Positions 52,877-64,000 of a DNA stretch of 64,000 nucleotides are shown piece by piece. Under the pieces are notes generated by a model. That model had not been told where the DNA came from. It searched no databases and saw only the letters and a program-made list of their open reading frames with translations. The position numbers and the translations under genes were made by a program. The stretch covers positions 31,112,388 to 31,176,387 of the forward strand of contig NC_092670.1 of assembly GCF_964355755.1 (NCBI RefSeq), written 5' to 3'. Positions within the stretch are counted from its first letter, which is position 1. Every line of letters begins with the position of its first letter. The stretch comes from Antedon mediterranea (taxonomy: Eukaryota > Animalia > Echinodermata).

Positions 52877-55800
52877 AGATGTATTGTCCCCCAAAAAATG
52901 AAAAATAAAGACGAAAAAAATCAAATTTAGAATAGACCGTTTTGTAGTTAACATAAAGTTATTCACTTCCACCGAAAAAAAATTCGAAAAAAATATTGAT
53001 TTCGCTTATAAAAAAATCAAAATAAGTTTACCATTTTTTCGAACTCATTGGCTCAGAAATTAGGCCGGTAGAGCTAACTCATACATATGCATGATATGTT
53101 AATGAGCATCCACACAGCAGAGATCTGATCTAACAATGGACGATGCACGTTGTATGGTACAACAACACCACCAGAGAAGATCGACGCGACTCGACTGTGG
53201 GTTTCCCTGGGATGGCTGATCGTATAAATATGTAAAGCTGAGCTGGTAATTTGTCGGTATGTAGGCCTAGACGGTTATTTTAAATATAATAATATATATA
53301 ACGCAATAATAACAGGAAGGTAAATTAATTAACTTAGCCTGGGATTTTTTCAGTTCAGGGCTAGGCCTAGAATAATTAATACATGCTGCTGCATAACTAG
53401 GCTAGTAGCAAGCAGACTGTGACAATCGGGTCCCTGCAGAAGATGCCCAGCTAGGCCCTATACATTGTACTCTTCATAGACTGGCCTAGGCTATATGCCA
53501 TCAATCTTAGCTACATTCCGAAAATACAGCCAGCTTGCTGTACCATATATATTTACAGTTGAAGCTTGTTTAACTAATTTTTATGATAAAAATAAAACAA
53601 ACATTTTTCAGGGAAAATGGTTGCAATACAAGCCTGAAATTGAGAACCTTCCAGCAGCACTGTACAAGTAGACAGAGGGGAAAAGCCAGCTTAGCCATTT
53701 TACAACACAAACAAATGTTCTCTGTACTGTAGTAAGTCAAATATTTATTTTCTATTTTTATAAGTTATAACATTATAAGTAATGTGTTTTAATTACCATA
53801 GAAGGTAGTATACTTATTTGACTATGTCAAAGTAAGCAATTTCACTAGCCCAATTTTGCACTAAATATGCATGATCTATTTTTTCCAGATTTTCATACTT
53901 TGCTTTTACTTTTTTTAAAGACGTTGAGCTGATGAAGACTGGAACAGAGGTCACCCAAAGACAACAATGATAGACTCGGTATTGGAATATGATTGGATAT
54001 TGCAGGAAAAATATTTCTGACTCTCCTGCTGCATTCGGCCAATATGTTCTTGTCCAGCTTGTAAAATATTGTATAATTTTTTTGTATTATATGTACAGTA
54101 TATTATTTTGTAAACATAACATTCAATAAATAAAAAAAAACTACTACAACAGTACACAGGATAAATTCTTCAAATTTACTTACACTTCATAATTTTACTG
54201 TAAATATTACAGTGCAAAAGGAGTTAATAAAATATATATATACAGTATATCTTATTGAATTCCTGTATTGTTTTTTGTGTCAATTTTTCTACTAATTATC
54301 AATGTGTTGATTGTGGCAGTAATTACGACAGCTATTGTCTTCTAAGATCGCTCACATCCATTACAAAGTGTCATTTTAATAGTAAGAAACGTTTCAATAA
54401 ATTGTGAATGTTGCCACTGTACGATACATTTTATGTTTCTCACTACTTGCTCTTAAGAGTCTTATTACTCTAGTAGCTAGATCAACTTTCGTATGCACTT
54501 TGAGGTCTAGAGAATTTGACTTCAGAAATTGGTTTAGGGTGGTCAAACAATCATTTTTGGCTTGGTTACACATTTTGAAAATGTGGCGAAAGGTCAAAAG
54601 GTCAGGGTCAAAGGTTATGAGATCAAACACCATTATGTCCTTAAATCTCGACAACCACTGGTCACAGCGAGGTAATTTTGGTCTCAAATTGATCAGAAGG
54701 TATACATTCATATTCAGTCTAATGAAACATTTTAGTCGAAAATGACCGGAAATGCCATTTCTGACCTTTGACCCATAAACCAGGGCATGTCTGTATCTCG
54801 ACCGTAACTATTGGCCGTAGAGACTTGAATTTGGGCTCAAATTGTTCGAAATATACATTTAGTTATTTGTTACACATTTTGTACAATCATGTAATAAAAG
54901 CTATCGGAGACCACAATAATAGACCAAGTCATTGTCATTATTACGTAACACTGTTGCATAATAGTTTTGAATGTCAACGACAAAACTTATACATATACAC
55001 GTCTGTTCCCAGTGTAGATAATAAAACAATATATATTTCTGGATATTTATTATCAATACCACTAGAAACTTTGACATGTTTTAGGTACTGAATGCATTGA
55101 CAATAAAAGCATCAGAAGTTTATCATGATAAAATCATACTACAACACTGTACTACAGTACACAAGGGTGTTTTCAGGAAAGCTGGACATATTGTACAATA
55201 TTAATGAAACTATGTATTGGCATTTAAAAGTTACAAACAAATAGATGATAGAATGAAGATCCATTATGAGTGCAATCGTGTCAGGATAATGATGTGTCAT
55301 TGTTTTATATCATTATACTGGCACCTGGAGGAGAAGATTCATTTAATGAAATCTATCACTTTTATTTTAAAAGACAGAAACATTTCGTTAAAAAGCATAA
55401 AGAGGAAAACGAATCATGTATTAAGTACCTTTTATCAGTTGAGAAACGAAATACAATTATTAAAATTAGAGTATTCCTTCAAATAAACGCCACCATTCCC
55501 TCCAATAGAACACCATGTGGAATAAACGCCCCGCCACATGCATTTACACAATAATTGTATCACGTCAACACATTTCATTAACTACCATAATCTACAATTT
55601 ACCAAGCATTTTGACATAATTTTATCACTTTTTTATATTAATTGTGCAGTATTTTTTTACATCTAGGTGGTATTTATTTGATTATACATGTTACCATATT
55701 ATACCCCAAATAAAGATGCCTCCTTTCCCCCTAAAAACCCTTTTGAACAATAAATGCCTGGGGCGTTTAATCGGATACATATGGCAAGTTACTTCTAGCA

Positions 55801-57600
55801 TTCTGAAAAGAACTGTTGAGCTTAACGTTTCTATCAAAATGTCCTCGGGGACAGCAATAACTAGTACTTGAAATTAAAACAATTTAAAGTATCAGTTATT
55901 GCATAACATTACTGTCTAAGGATAAGTTGTGTTTTTTGTTTGAAACATTAGTAATAGTATTTCTGTTCATCTTTTAACCACATTTTCTATTACAATGAAT
56001 GTAAATATGTATATTTCGAACAATTTGATACCAAATTTAAGTTTCTACGACCAGTACATACAGAGATATGAAGATGCCCTGGTATGTGGGTCAAAGGTCA
56101 GAAATGGCATTTCTGATCATTTTTGACTAAAATGCCCCATTAGATGGAATATAAACGCATGCCTTCTGAACATTTTGAGACCAAAATTGACTTGCTGCGA
56201 CCAGTGGTTGCAGAGATACAAGTACCTTTTTTTATTTGTTCAAATAACCCTTGACCTTGACCCTTTGACCTTTTGTAACATTTTTCAAAATGTGTAACAA
56301 ATAACACAATATATATTTCGAAGAATTTAAAACCAAATTCAAGTGTCTACGACCAGTAGTTACGGAGATACATACATGCCCTGGGTTGTGGGTCAAAGGT
56401 CAGAAATGGCATTTCCGGTCATTTTTTACTAAAATGTCCCATTAGACTGAATATAAATGTATACCTTCCGATTAATTTAAGACCAGAATTACCTCGTTGT
56501 GACCAGTGGTTGTTGAGATTTAAGGACATATTTATGTTTGGTCTTATGACCTTTCACCTTGACCTTTTGACCTTTCGCCACATTTTCAAAATGTGTAACC
56601 AAGCCAAATATGATTGTTTGGCCACCCTAAACCAATTTCTGAAGTCAAATTCTCTGGACCTCAAAGTGCATACGAAAGTTGATCTAGCTACTAGAGTATA
56701 TTGTTCAATCAATCAACCTAAAAAAAAAAGAAATTTGTGTCAAAATATCTGCATAAAATGTTTATTTGCGGAATGTTAATTTGAACCTATTGCATTTGAT
56801 ACAGAAAATATTTTTTAAATATTGCATCAGTAAAACATCCAAAACAATATTTAGATTTTCTTTTTTTTTTAATTTTCACTGCCGAATAGATAGTTGAAAT
56901 CTTTAAAAATTAAACCAATTCATCATGATTAAAACAAAAATACATCCCTTCTGGTGGTGGTCTACTGTAGCCCTAGCTAGCAGTGTACTGCCTAGGCCTA
57001 CTACACTCTACTTCTAGAGACAGAAGTAGGCAGCAGTTAGGCTACTCGAGACTGTCAGTGCTAGTAGTACTAGGCCTAGCCTAGTAGTAGTAGTAGACTA
57101 GTAGTACAGTAGCAGCAAATTCGGGCCTAGGCCTAGCTAGGCCTCTCCTGTTAGCGAAACAAAAACTCACCTAAATAAATAAGATTCAACATCAAAGTCA
57201 CCAACTGTAATTCTAACTTAGCATTCTGCTAGCTATAGTTTTCGTGTTTTCTTCAAGATTCGTCTCGCATCACTACTCGACTCTCTCGCACGCATGGCAT
57301 TGCTATCGTTGTTGGCTGTGTTGATTTGGAAAGCGTCATCATCCACACGATGTATCCATACAATATGAATATTTATGAGCTAACTCAGGTCAAGGGTTAA
57401 ATTAAACCGGAACACATTTGTCTTCCAGACAAATTGCTTCCGGTTGGTTAATTTTTGCATTAAATTGCGATTTTCCCGTGTAAAAAATTATTTTTTTCAA
57501 TCCAAATTGAGGTCAAAGTGAATAACTTTTATGTGCAATTAAAATGGCCTATTCAACAAAAATATTGAAAAAAAAAATTTTTCAGGGGGACAATACATCT
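52877..57600 (+). mobile_element. Non-autonomous Kolobok element, copy 2 (tandem, shares TTAA 52873-52876)
   Basis: TTAA|AGATGTATTGTCCCCC ... GGGGGACAATACATCT|TTAA; colinear with copy 1. Confidence 0.85.
54466..56698. mobile_element. Long-TIR non-autonomous element (Academ-like) inside Kolobok copy 2
   Basis: TACTCTAGTAGCTAGATCAACTTTCG... / ...CGAAAGTTGATCTAGCTACTAGAGTA, TIRs about 400 bp, 3-bp TSD TAT; absent from copy 1 (about 52010); contains a pogo-like remnant at about 55470-55785. Confidence 0.7.
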
Positions 57601-57821
57601 TTAAGGCCATCTCAGACAGCGTACGACGAAACGTCTAGTAGCGACGCGTCGGTGACGTGCGAGTCGTCTTGAGATTTCTTTCCATTGTTATGTATGTTGT
57701 CTATAACAATCTTTTCTTTTTGTTTTTCGTATTGTCGTGTTTTTTTTCTAAGTAATTCTTTTATATGTTTTTCTATGTTCGGCATAAATTTGGAACTTTG
57801 CATCTTCTCTAAATTGTCTAA

Positions 57822-58400
57822 ACTAGATGGTCGTGCCCACAGATGGTTCTCGAATACATAATAATTTCAGCGTTAAAAAACTGACGATTTCATATGTACA
57901 ATAATGCAGGACAATAAGACACTGTGATTTATGTACTCAACTAAAATTAGCACCCTGGGAATTACTTCCGAAAGAGAAACTTGTCGCAAAATGAGACCAA
58001 TTGTTTAAGTCAAATTTAAACAAACTTAATTTGTGTTTTGTATGTAACATTATGGTTGAGGGATGGGGAAGAGGATGGGTGCAAATAGCAACAATTTTTA
58101 AATATATTCTTTATCCATTTAGTAACGAATTATTAATTGTTTTCATGTTTTACAAATAATATACCACTAAACACAGTAAAACATTGCGATATAATTGAAA
58201 CTTTCACCGTCCTAGTCGATTGAAATAGTACAGTACATGTAACGATACACTACGACATATATATGTTTATATAATGTTTAACAATTTGTGAAAACCACCT
58301 CTCTATTCGGGGCAAATCATAAATTCGATTTAATCGTTAATAAATATTAAATTATCTAACTCAACTTAATTAGTAGGCCTAATGGTTTTCAATTGTTTCT
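57822..58400 (-). mobile_element. Inverted, internally deleted copy of the 47414-48724 repeat
   Basis: GTCGTGCCCACAGATGGTTCTCGAATAC and TTAGCACCCTGGGAATTACTTCCGAAAGAGAAAC are reverse complements of segments in 48500-48690. Confidence 0.75.
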
Positions 58401-58419
58401 AGAGTCAATTCATACTTAA

Positions 58420-61400
58420 AGTGCTAGTGCCACAGACTTTAAATTAAGATATTAATGATTTTTTGGGTAGACTTAATGTCTATAAATCTTGACCGAAATT
58501 TGCATTGACCTACTTTTAACGGTATGGCCGTAATCGCCTCTTAATTAGGAACGTTAATATGCCCTCGTACTTTATAAGCGTGACGTCACAGGCAGAAGAC
58601 ATTCTACTTCCGCCTTTTAAAACAACACACGTGCATGCATGAGACGCTGGTTTACTACTAATAATATATACTGTATACTGCTTTCTACTGGTACTAATTG
58701 TTATTTTCAACTATTATTATTGTCAGCTACTTTTTTATTTATCTATTATAATAAATCAATATGCCTTCTCGCTGTGTTGCTGCGAATTGTGATCATGAAA
58801 ATAACTTATTGTTTCGGTGGCCAAAGGACAGTTTCATCGCCAGGCAATGGACAAGATTTTTACGTACAAAACGCGATAAATGGAAACCCACAGCTCGATC
58901 AGTGCTCTGTTTTAAGCATTTTTCAGACGATTCATTTACAAACATGGGTCAATTCAAAGCTGGTCTAGCTACAAAGTAAGTATTTGTTAATTAGATGAAT
59001 TTACTTTTAATATTTTACCTTCAACAAAAACTGCATAAAATACGTTCGCCGTCGCTATTGTTAGGCCTGCTGGGCCCGCTGGGCCAAGCCTAGCTTCTAG
59101 GCGCGCCGGCACATAATTTGCAGTAACATTAAAACTACTGTACATACATACAGTACAGTTGCTCCGCCTGATATATATGTATAGTATTTACTTTATGTTG
59201 GTTTATCTTTAAATAAACTTAACATAATTAATAAGTAATAGTAACCGTTTTGCCTACACCACACAGATAACTCAACTAGGCCTAACCTAGTTGTTATGTA
59301 TTTGGCTTATTACATTAATAATAATGGGATAAGGGCTAGCCTAGCCAGGCCTAATTAGTACTACTGAATGCTGTACAAACATGATGGAGGTTAGTCAATG
59401 CCTACACTGTTATGCTCAGTAGGAGAATGTCCTGTCGGTGTAAGTGGGAACTAACAACTATATTATAATTATATTGCTTACGTTATTTTGCCCTTAATAT
59501 TAACTAGACAACGGTTTCCTCACTACTTTTAGGCTTTTACTGAATGCCAAAACAGCGGTACCAACAATACATGTTGTGAGGGAGACATCCGACGATGGTG
59601 GTCAGGTGGCCAAAGAGTGTACAGCACAGAGGTTAGTGTAATAGATTCAATAAATAAAAGAAAAAATGTTTAGGTTTGTCTGATATTTATTTATTAATAG
59701 TATTAATATTCATTCCAACAGGTCAGCATTTGTTAAAAGAGAAAAGGCGGGAGTGATCAGGGAGCTTATTACTGGAACAGAGGATGAGGAAGAGGATGAA
59801 CAGGAGCTGGCAAGTGTATACGATAAGCCTCTTATGGTGTCCAGAGGCACACAGACACGAAAGCAAAGAAAACGTGTTCGGCGAAGAAAAATGAGCAAAG
59901 CTAAAGTCGTGGCACCCAAAAAAGCCAAACCAACATACAAAGAACAATCGTCTGATGAAGATGATGAAGATTTTGATGAGTCGACAGAAGATGATAGCGA
60001 TTCAGATTATCGACCGGAAGAGGATGTATCGGTTTCAGATGGTGAGGATACAGAGATGGAAGATGATGAGATGAAAGGATTTAATGGGGATGCACATAGA
60101 CAGCCAAAATACATTGTTTTTCACAATCACCTACTGATGCTACTTTCTATATGCCTTTCCTGTTTTTCCAGTAAAGTTCAAGTATGTTGTCGTAACAAGG
60201 GAAGCGTGCTTATTGCAAACATAAGATGCTTATGTTGCCACACTAACCGCGAGTGGAAAAGTCAGCCAGAAGCTAGAGGTACCCCAATGGGTAACATTCT
60301 ACTAAGTGGGGCTATTCTTTTTTCTGGCTCAACACCCACACAATTTTTAAGAGCGCTAAAAAGTATAAATGTGAGCGCCATTAGTAAACGTACTTTTTTC
60401 CGTCACCAACAACATTTCTTACACAGAGTTGTAAGGAATAATTGGTTTTCTAAAAGGGATAAGCACTTTGCTGAATTACAGGGCAAGGATATTTCTATTG
60501 GAGTAGATGGACGCTGTGACAGTATGGGCCACAGTGCAAAATATGGTTCATACACATCAGTTGACTTGACCGAAAATAAGATTTTGAATGTTGAATTAGT
60601 TCAGAGTAGTGATGTTAAATCATCTTATCATATGGAACTTAAGGGTCTACAAAAAACATTGGATGTCTTTAAAGATTTCAAAGTAAATATAAGTACAATT
60701 GTTTCCGATAGACATAGACAACTACAAAAATATTTAAGGGATAATTTTCCAGACATTAAGCATTATTTTGACTGCTGGAACATTGCAAAAAGTATTAAGA
60801 AAAAGATCCAGGCCATATCAACAAAAAAATCGTGTAACCTTTTAGGTAATTGGCAAAAATCTATTTCTAACCATTATTACTGGTGTGTAATGTCCACCAA
60901 CATTGATGAAAAAGATATCATTGAAGCAAAGTGGAAGTCTGTGGTAAGACATGTACAAAATCTTCATACTGGACATCCTGAACCATATACGGAATGTGCC
61001 CATCCGGTAATGTCTCCTTCAGACCAACGGTTAACAAAGTGGTTGACTGCTGATACTGAAGCTTGTGATGCCTTACAAAAATTTGTTGAAACCAAAAGGT
61101 TGGTGAAGGACATTCGCAATTCTTCACCTCATGGGCAAACGTCATCAATGGAAGGGTACCATAGCCTTATTAATCGTTTCGCTCCTAAAATGTTATACTT
61201 TTCATATAGTGGAATGAAGAGTCGACTTTTCATAGCTGCTCTTCACTATAATGAGAACAGTACCAGAGAACAAATGGTAAATAAGGCTGGAGAAAAGCAA
61301 TACGTAATATCATTTCCCAAGTACAAGAAAGGGGGTTACATTGTTAAAAAACTTTTAACAGAATGCACATATAATTATGTTGATGAGTTATTCAAGAGTC

Positions 61401-61750
61401 TTCTTGAGGTTGTTATGGAACCAAATCTAGATGCATTTACAGAGACCATACCACCATCATTGTGCGCAGCATTTGAAAGACCTGAAAAAAGTGCTGCAGT
61501 TGCCCAACATACAAGCCGGTTTAAAAACCAGTAATAACTTGACACCATGTTTATTAATCATATAAATGAATTGAACACAGCATATTATTGTAGACATAAT
61601 AAAATTTTTGAAATATTCACAATGTACTGTATTTTCATTCATTTTTTCCCCAATAACAATGTATATGAATGAGAGAAGCAATAAAATCAAAATGAGTTTC
61701 AAATTGTATAAATTATTACTTTATTTAATTTCAAAAAATTACTAAACTAA
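58420..61750 (+). mobile_element. Autonomous-type Kolobok transposon (left part; right end not seen in this window)
   Basis: TTAA (58416-58419) followed by AGTGCTAGTGCCAC, 341 bp upstream of a THAP-DDE gene. Confidence 0.7.
58761..61534 (+). CDS. THAP-domain DDE transposase (Kolobok type), 3 exons, 708 aa
   Basis: Exons 58761-58975, 59533-59631 and 59722-61534 with GT-AG and matching phases; THAP C-x4-C...W...C-x2-HF with AVPTI box; DGRCDSMGHSAKY, SDRH and TSSMEGYHS catalytic motifs; H2CH motif HVQNLH...CAH. Confidence 0.88.
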
Positions 61751-62131
61751 TACTAACTAGATTTAATTCGTCACTATGACGAATTATAGGTTATATGCAT
61801 TGATTTAAATAAAGATAATTGATTTTTAAAAGATATATTGATTGATTGATTTTCTCAGAATCTTTAATTATTTATAATATATGATAGGACCTTGCTAACG
61901 CGAATACAATAGTCGGTATCACAATCCGATCAAAGATCCCTCTGCGTATAATGTCATAAACCACATTTGTTGTTACATATTTAGTAATTGTCGGCGCAAC
62001 GGTAAAACAAAACAACTACTAAATGTATACAGTAAACTATGCAATTTATTCCAAGTGAATCAAGTGAGGATTCTCAATAAATAGATAAAATATACAATAT
62101 ACAATATTTGATAAGACAGAGCAATAAACGG

Positions 62132-64000
62132 TGTAGCTAAGATGCTGGTTGAGAAAAGAGTGTGTTAATAATGTGGTCAGTGCATGGTAATATTGGGCTT
62201 GGCCCATCTCATCTGACCAATTAGGATTAAGAGAATTAATGTGGTTTTCTGTTAGAGTCATTAACATTCTTAAAATCCATTAGCTAGAAAAGTGAAGGTA
62301 ACAGGAAGGTAACCTGTCAATGTGAGGTTAAATAAAGAGATATATAGAGGATGTATAAATAATCAAATTAAAAGTAAATGTTGAATTGTTTAAAAGCTAT
62401 GTGGTAGGTCTGCTACAGGAGCCCCCTTCCAGTGAAAGAATTAATGATAGAACGAGACAAAACGTTGAGGGAAATGAACATGTCTACCAGAACGAGTAGT
62501 ACGGGGAGGGGTTGCCAAAATGGGTGACGGGTTGGTTGGTTTGACTAGGGGTGATGCTTGTAGCTTGGGAGTGAGGGTTTGCTCTTGGCTTTTAAATATA
62601 TCAGTATCCAAATGAGCTACTTTTAAGCGATCAATACTGACTGTGTCCTGTCGACCATTTAGATCGAGAACAAAGTGTTTGTCTGTTCGACTTAATACCT
62701 TAAATGGACCATCATATGGACGTTGTAAGGGTTTTCGAACAGAGTCCCTTCGAACAAAAACATGGGTACAATTAAATATTTCTTGATTGATATAGGATTT
62801 ACGGTTAGAGTTGGTGCGGGTAGGTGTGGGACGTAGTTTACTCATATTATCACGCAATCTATCAATATAATTAGAATAATCACAATGTTCAGAGTTTGAA
62901 TTAAAGAATTGTCCAGGTAATCTTAAAGTAGTGCCATAAACAAGTTCAGCTGCACTATGACCTAGATCAGCCTTAAGGGCTGTACGAATGCCTAAAAGTA
63001 CTATAGGTAAATGTTCTGTCCATTTAGTGTGATCATTATGTGCTTTGAGAGAACCCTTCAAATGTCGATGAAAACGTTCTACAAGTCCGTTCGCAATAGG
63101 ATGGTAGGCAGTTGTATGAATGTGCTTAGTTCCTAGTAAGTTGGCGAGTGAATGAAATAATGCAGATTCAAATTGTCTTCCTCGATCTGTTGTAATGGTT
63201 GAAGGTATTCCGAATGAAGCGATCCATCGATTGACAAATGCGTGTGCGACAGTATCGGCTGTGATATCCAGAATAGGTACGGCTTCGGGCCATCGAGTAA
63301 AACGATCGATAAAAGTGAGTAAATAAGAAAAACCATTTGACGGAGGGAGAGGTCCAACAATATCTATATGTACATGGTCAAAACGGGCGTCAGGTGTAGA
63401 AAAAGTAGAGAGTGGCGAAACGGTGTGCCGGTGTACTTTGGAACGTTGACATTGAATGCATGTTTGAGACCATCGTCGTACATCACGATTGATTGCTGGC
63501 CATACGAAACGGTCAGTAATTAAACGTTGTGTTGCTCGTATACCAGGATGTGATAGCGAATGTAGAGTGTCAAATATTATGCGTCTGAATTCTTGTGGGA
63601 TATATGGACGTGGATTGCCTTTGGAAATATCACAAAGAATTGTAGAGTCAGAAGTTGGAATTGGAAAGTTTTGAAATTGTAGTGAAAACGGTGATTCAAG
63701 TAGCTTGTGCAATTCATCGTCATTCTTTTGTGCAGCAGCAATAAGACTAAAATCAACAATGTTAGTTGTGTTGTGACTGAAGGTATTCAGTTCGATTCGC
63801 GACAATGCATCAGCTGCTGCATTAGTTTTTCCACTCACATGGCGTATGTCCGTTGTGAATTGAGATATGAAATCGAGATGACGGATTTCGCGTGGCGAGT
63901 GACGATTTGGTTTGGCGAGTAAAGCATACACAAGTGGCTTATGGTCAGTAAAAATATGAAATGAGCGTCCTTCAAGTGAATGGCGAAAATGTTTAACTGA
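62132..64000 (-). mobile_element. Ty3/Gypsy retrotransposon 3' part (CsRn1-like) with a probable 3' LTR at 62132-62417
   Basis: PPT GGAAGGGGG next to TGTAGC; matching inverted TGTAGC at 62132; continues past the window edge. Confidence 0.85.
62441..64000 (-). CDS. pol: Gypsy pol C-terminus: end of RNase H and integrase (HHCC, rve core, GPY/F), open to the window edge
   Basis: [14 protein letters not shown]...[29 protein letters not shown] and RPYDGPFKV; no stop in the visible frame. Confidence 0.92.
   Translation of the reverse strand, partial: SVKHFRHSLEGRSFHIFTDHKPLVYALLAKPNRHSPREIRHLDFISQFTTDIRHVSGKTNAAADALSRIELNTFSHNTTNIVDFSLIAAAQKNDDELHKLLESPFSLQFQNFPIPTSDSTILCDISKGNPRPYIPQEFRRIIFDTLHSLSHPGIRATQRLITDRFVWPAINRDVRRWSQTCIQCQRSKVHRHTVSPLSTFSTPDARFDHVHIDIVGPLPPSNGFSYLLTFIDRFTRWPEAVPILDITADTVAHAFVNRWIASFGIPSTITTDRGRQFESALFHSLANLLGTKHIHTTAYHPIANGLVERFHRHLKGSLKAHNDHTKWTEHLPIVLLGIRTALKADLGHSAAELVYGTTLRLPGQFFNSNSEHCDYSNYIDRLRDNMSKLRPTPTRTNSNRKSYINQEIFNCTHVFVRRDSVRKPLQRPYDGPFKVLSRTDKHFVLDLNGRQDTVSIDRLKVAHLDTDIFKSQEQTLTPKLQASPLVKPTNPSPILATPPRTTRSGRHVHFPQRFVSFYH

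Noticed and set aside
54394-56779. Similar ORFs at 54394-54711 and 56510-56779
   Set aside because: They lie in the two TIRs of a non-autonomous element, so the similarity is DNA-level only
61860-61975. KolX C-terminus on the minus strand (RIVIPTIV)
   Set aside because: The similarity is a few residues only and the surrounding conserved W, C and GF motifs are missing

Overview
AT-rich, repeat-dense stretch of an invertebrate animal genome. Spliceosomal introns, LINEs, SINEs and frequent TAGGCCTA suggest an echinoderm, but that is inference only. The only recognisable host gene is a partial minus-strand multi-exon gene (about 18.05-23.71 kb; six exons whose splice phases join) encoding an uncharacterised, probably extracellular protein with a PAN/Apple domain. 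Almost everything else is transposon-derived and heavily nested. (1) An apparently intact three-exon THAP-DDE transposase of a Kolobok-type element starts at 58420, with a Ty3/Gypsy element downstream of it. (2) A head-to-tail dimer of a non-autonomous Kolobok element (49587-57600) carries a different secondary insertion in each copy. (3) Two near-identical CR1/L2-group LINE copies sit at what look like homologous sites. (4) A pogo/Tc1-like element has its TIR motif expanded into an 18-bp satellite, which then received an AcademH-like element and a Gypsy. (5) There are decayed Tx1, RTE and CR1/L2 LINEs, tRNA-derived SINEs, Helentron/Helitron-like elements and many MITEs. I found no rRNA, intact tRNA or CRISPR array and no clearly new biochemical system; the most interesting signals are transposon-level mechanisms and the uncharacterised gene. 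All alignments were done by eye and family assignments come from recalled motifs, not database searches.
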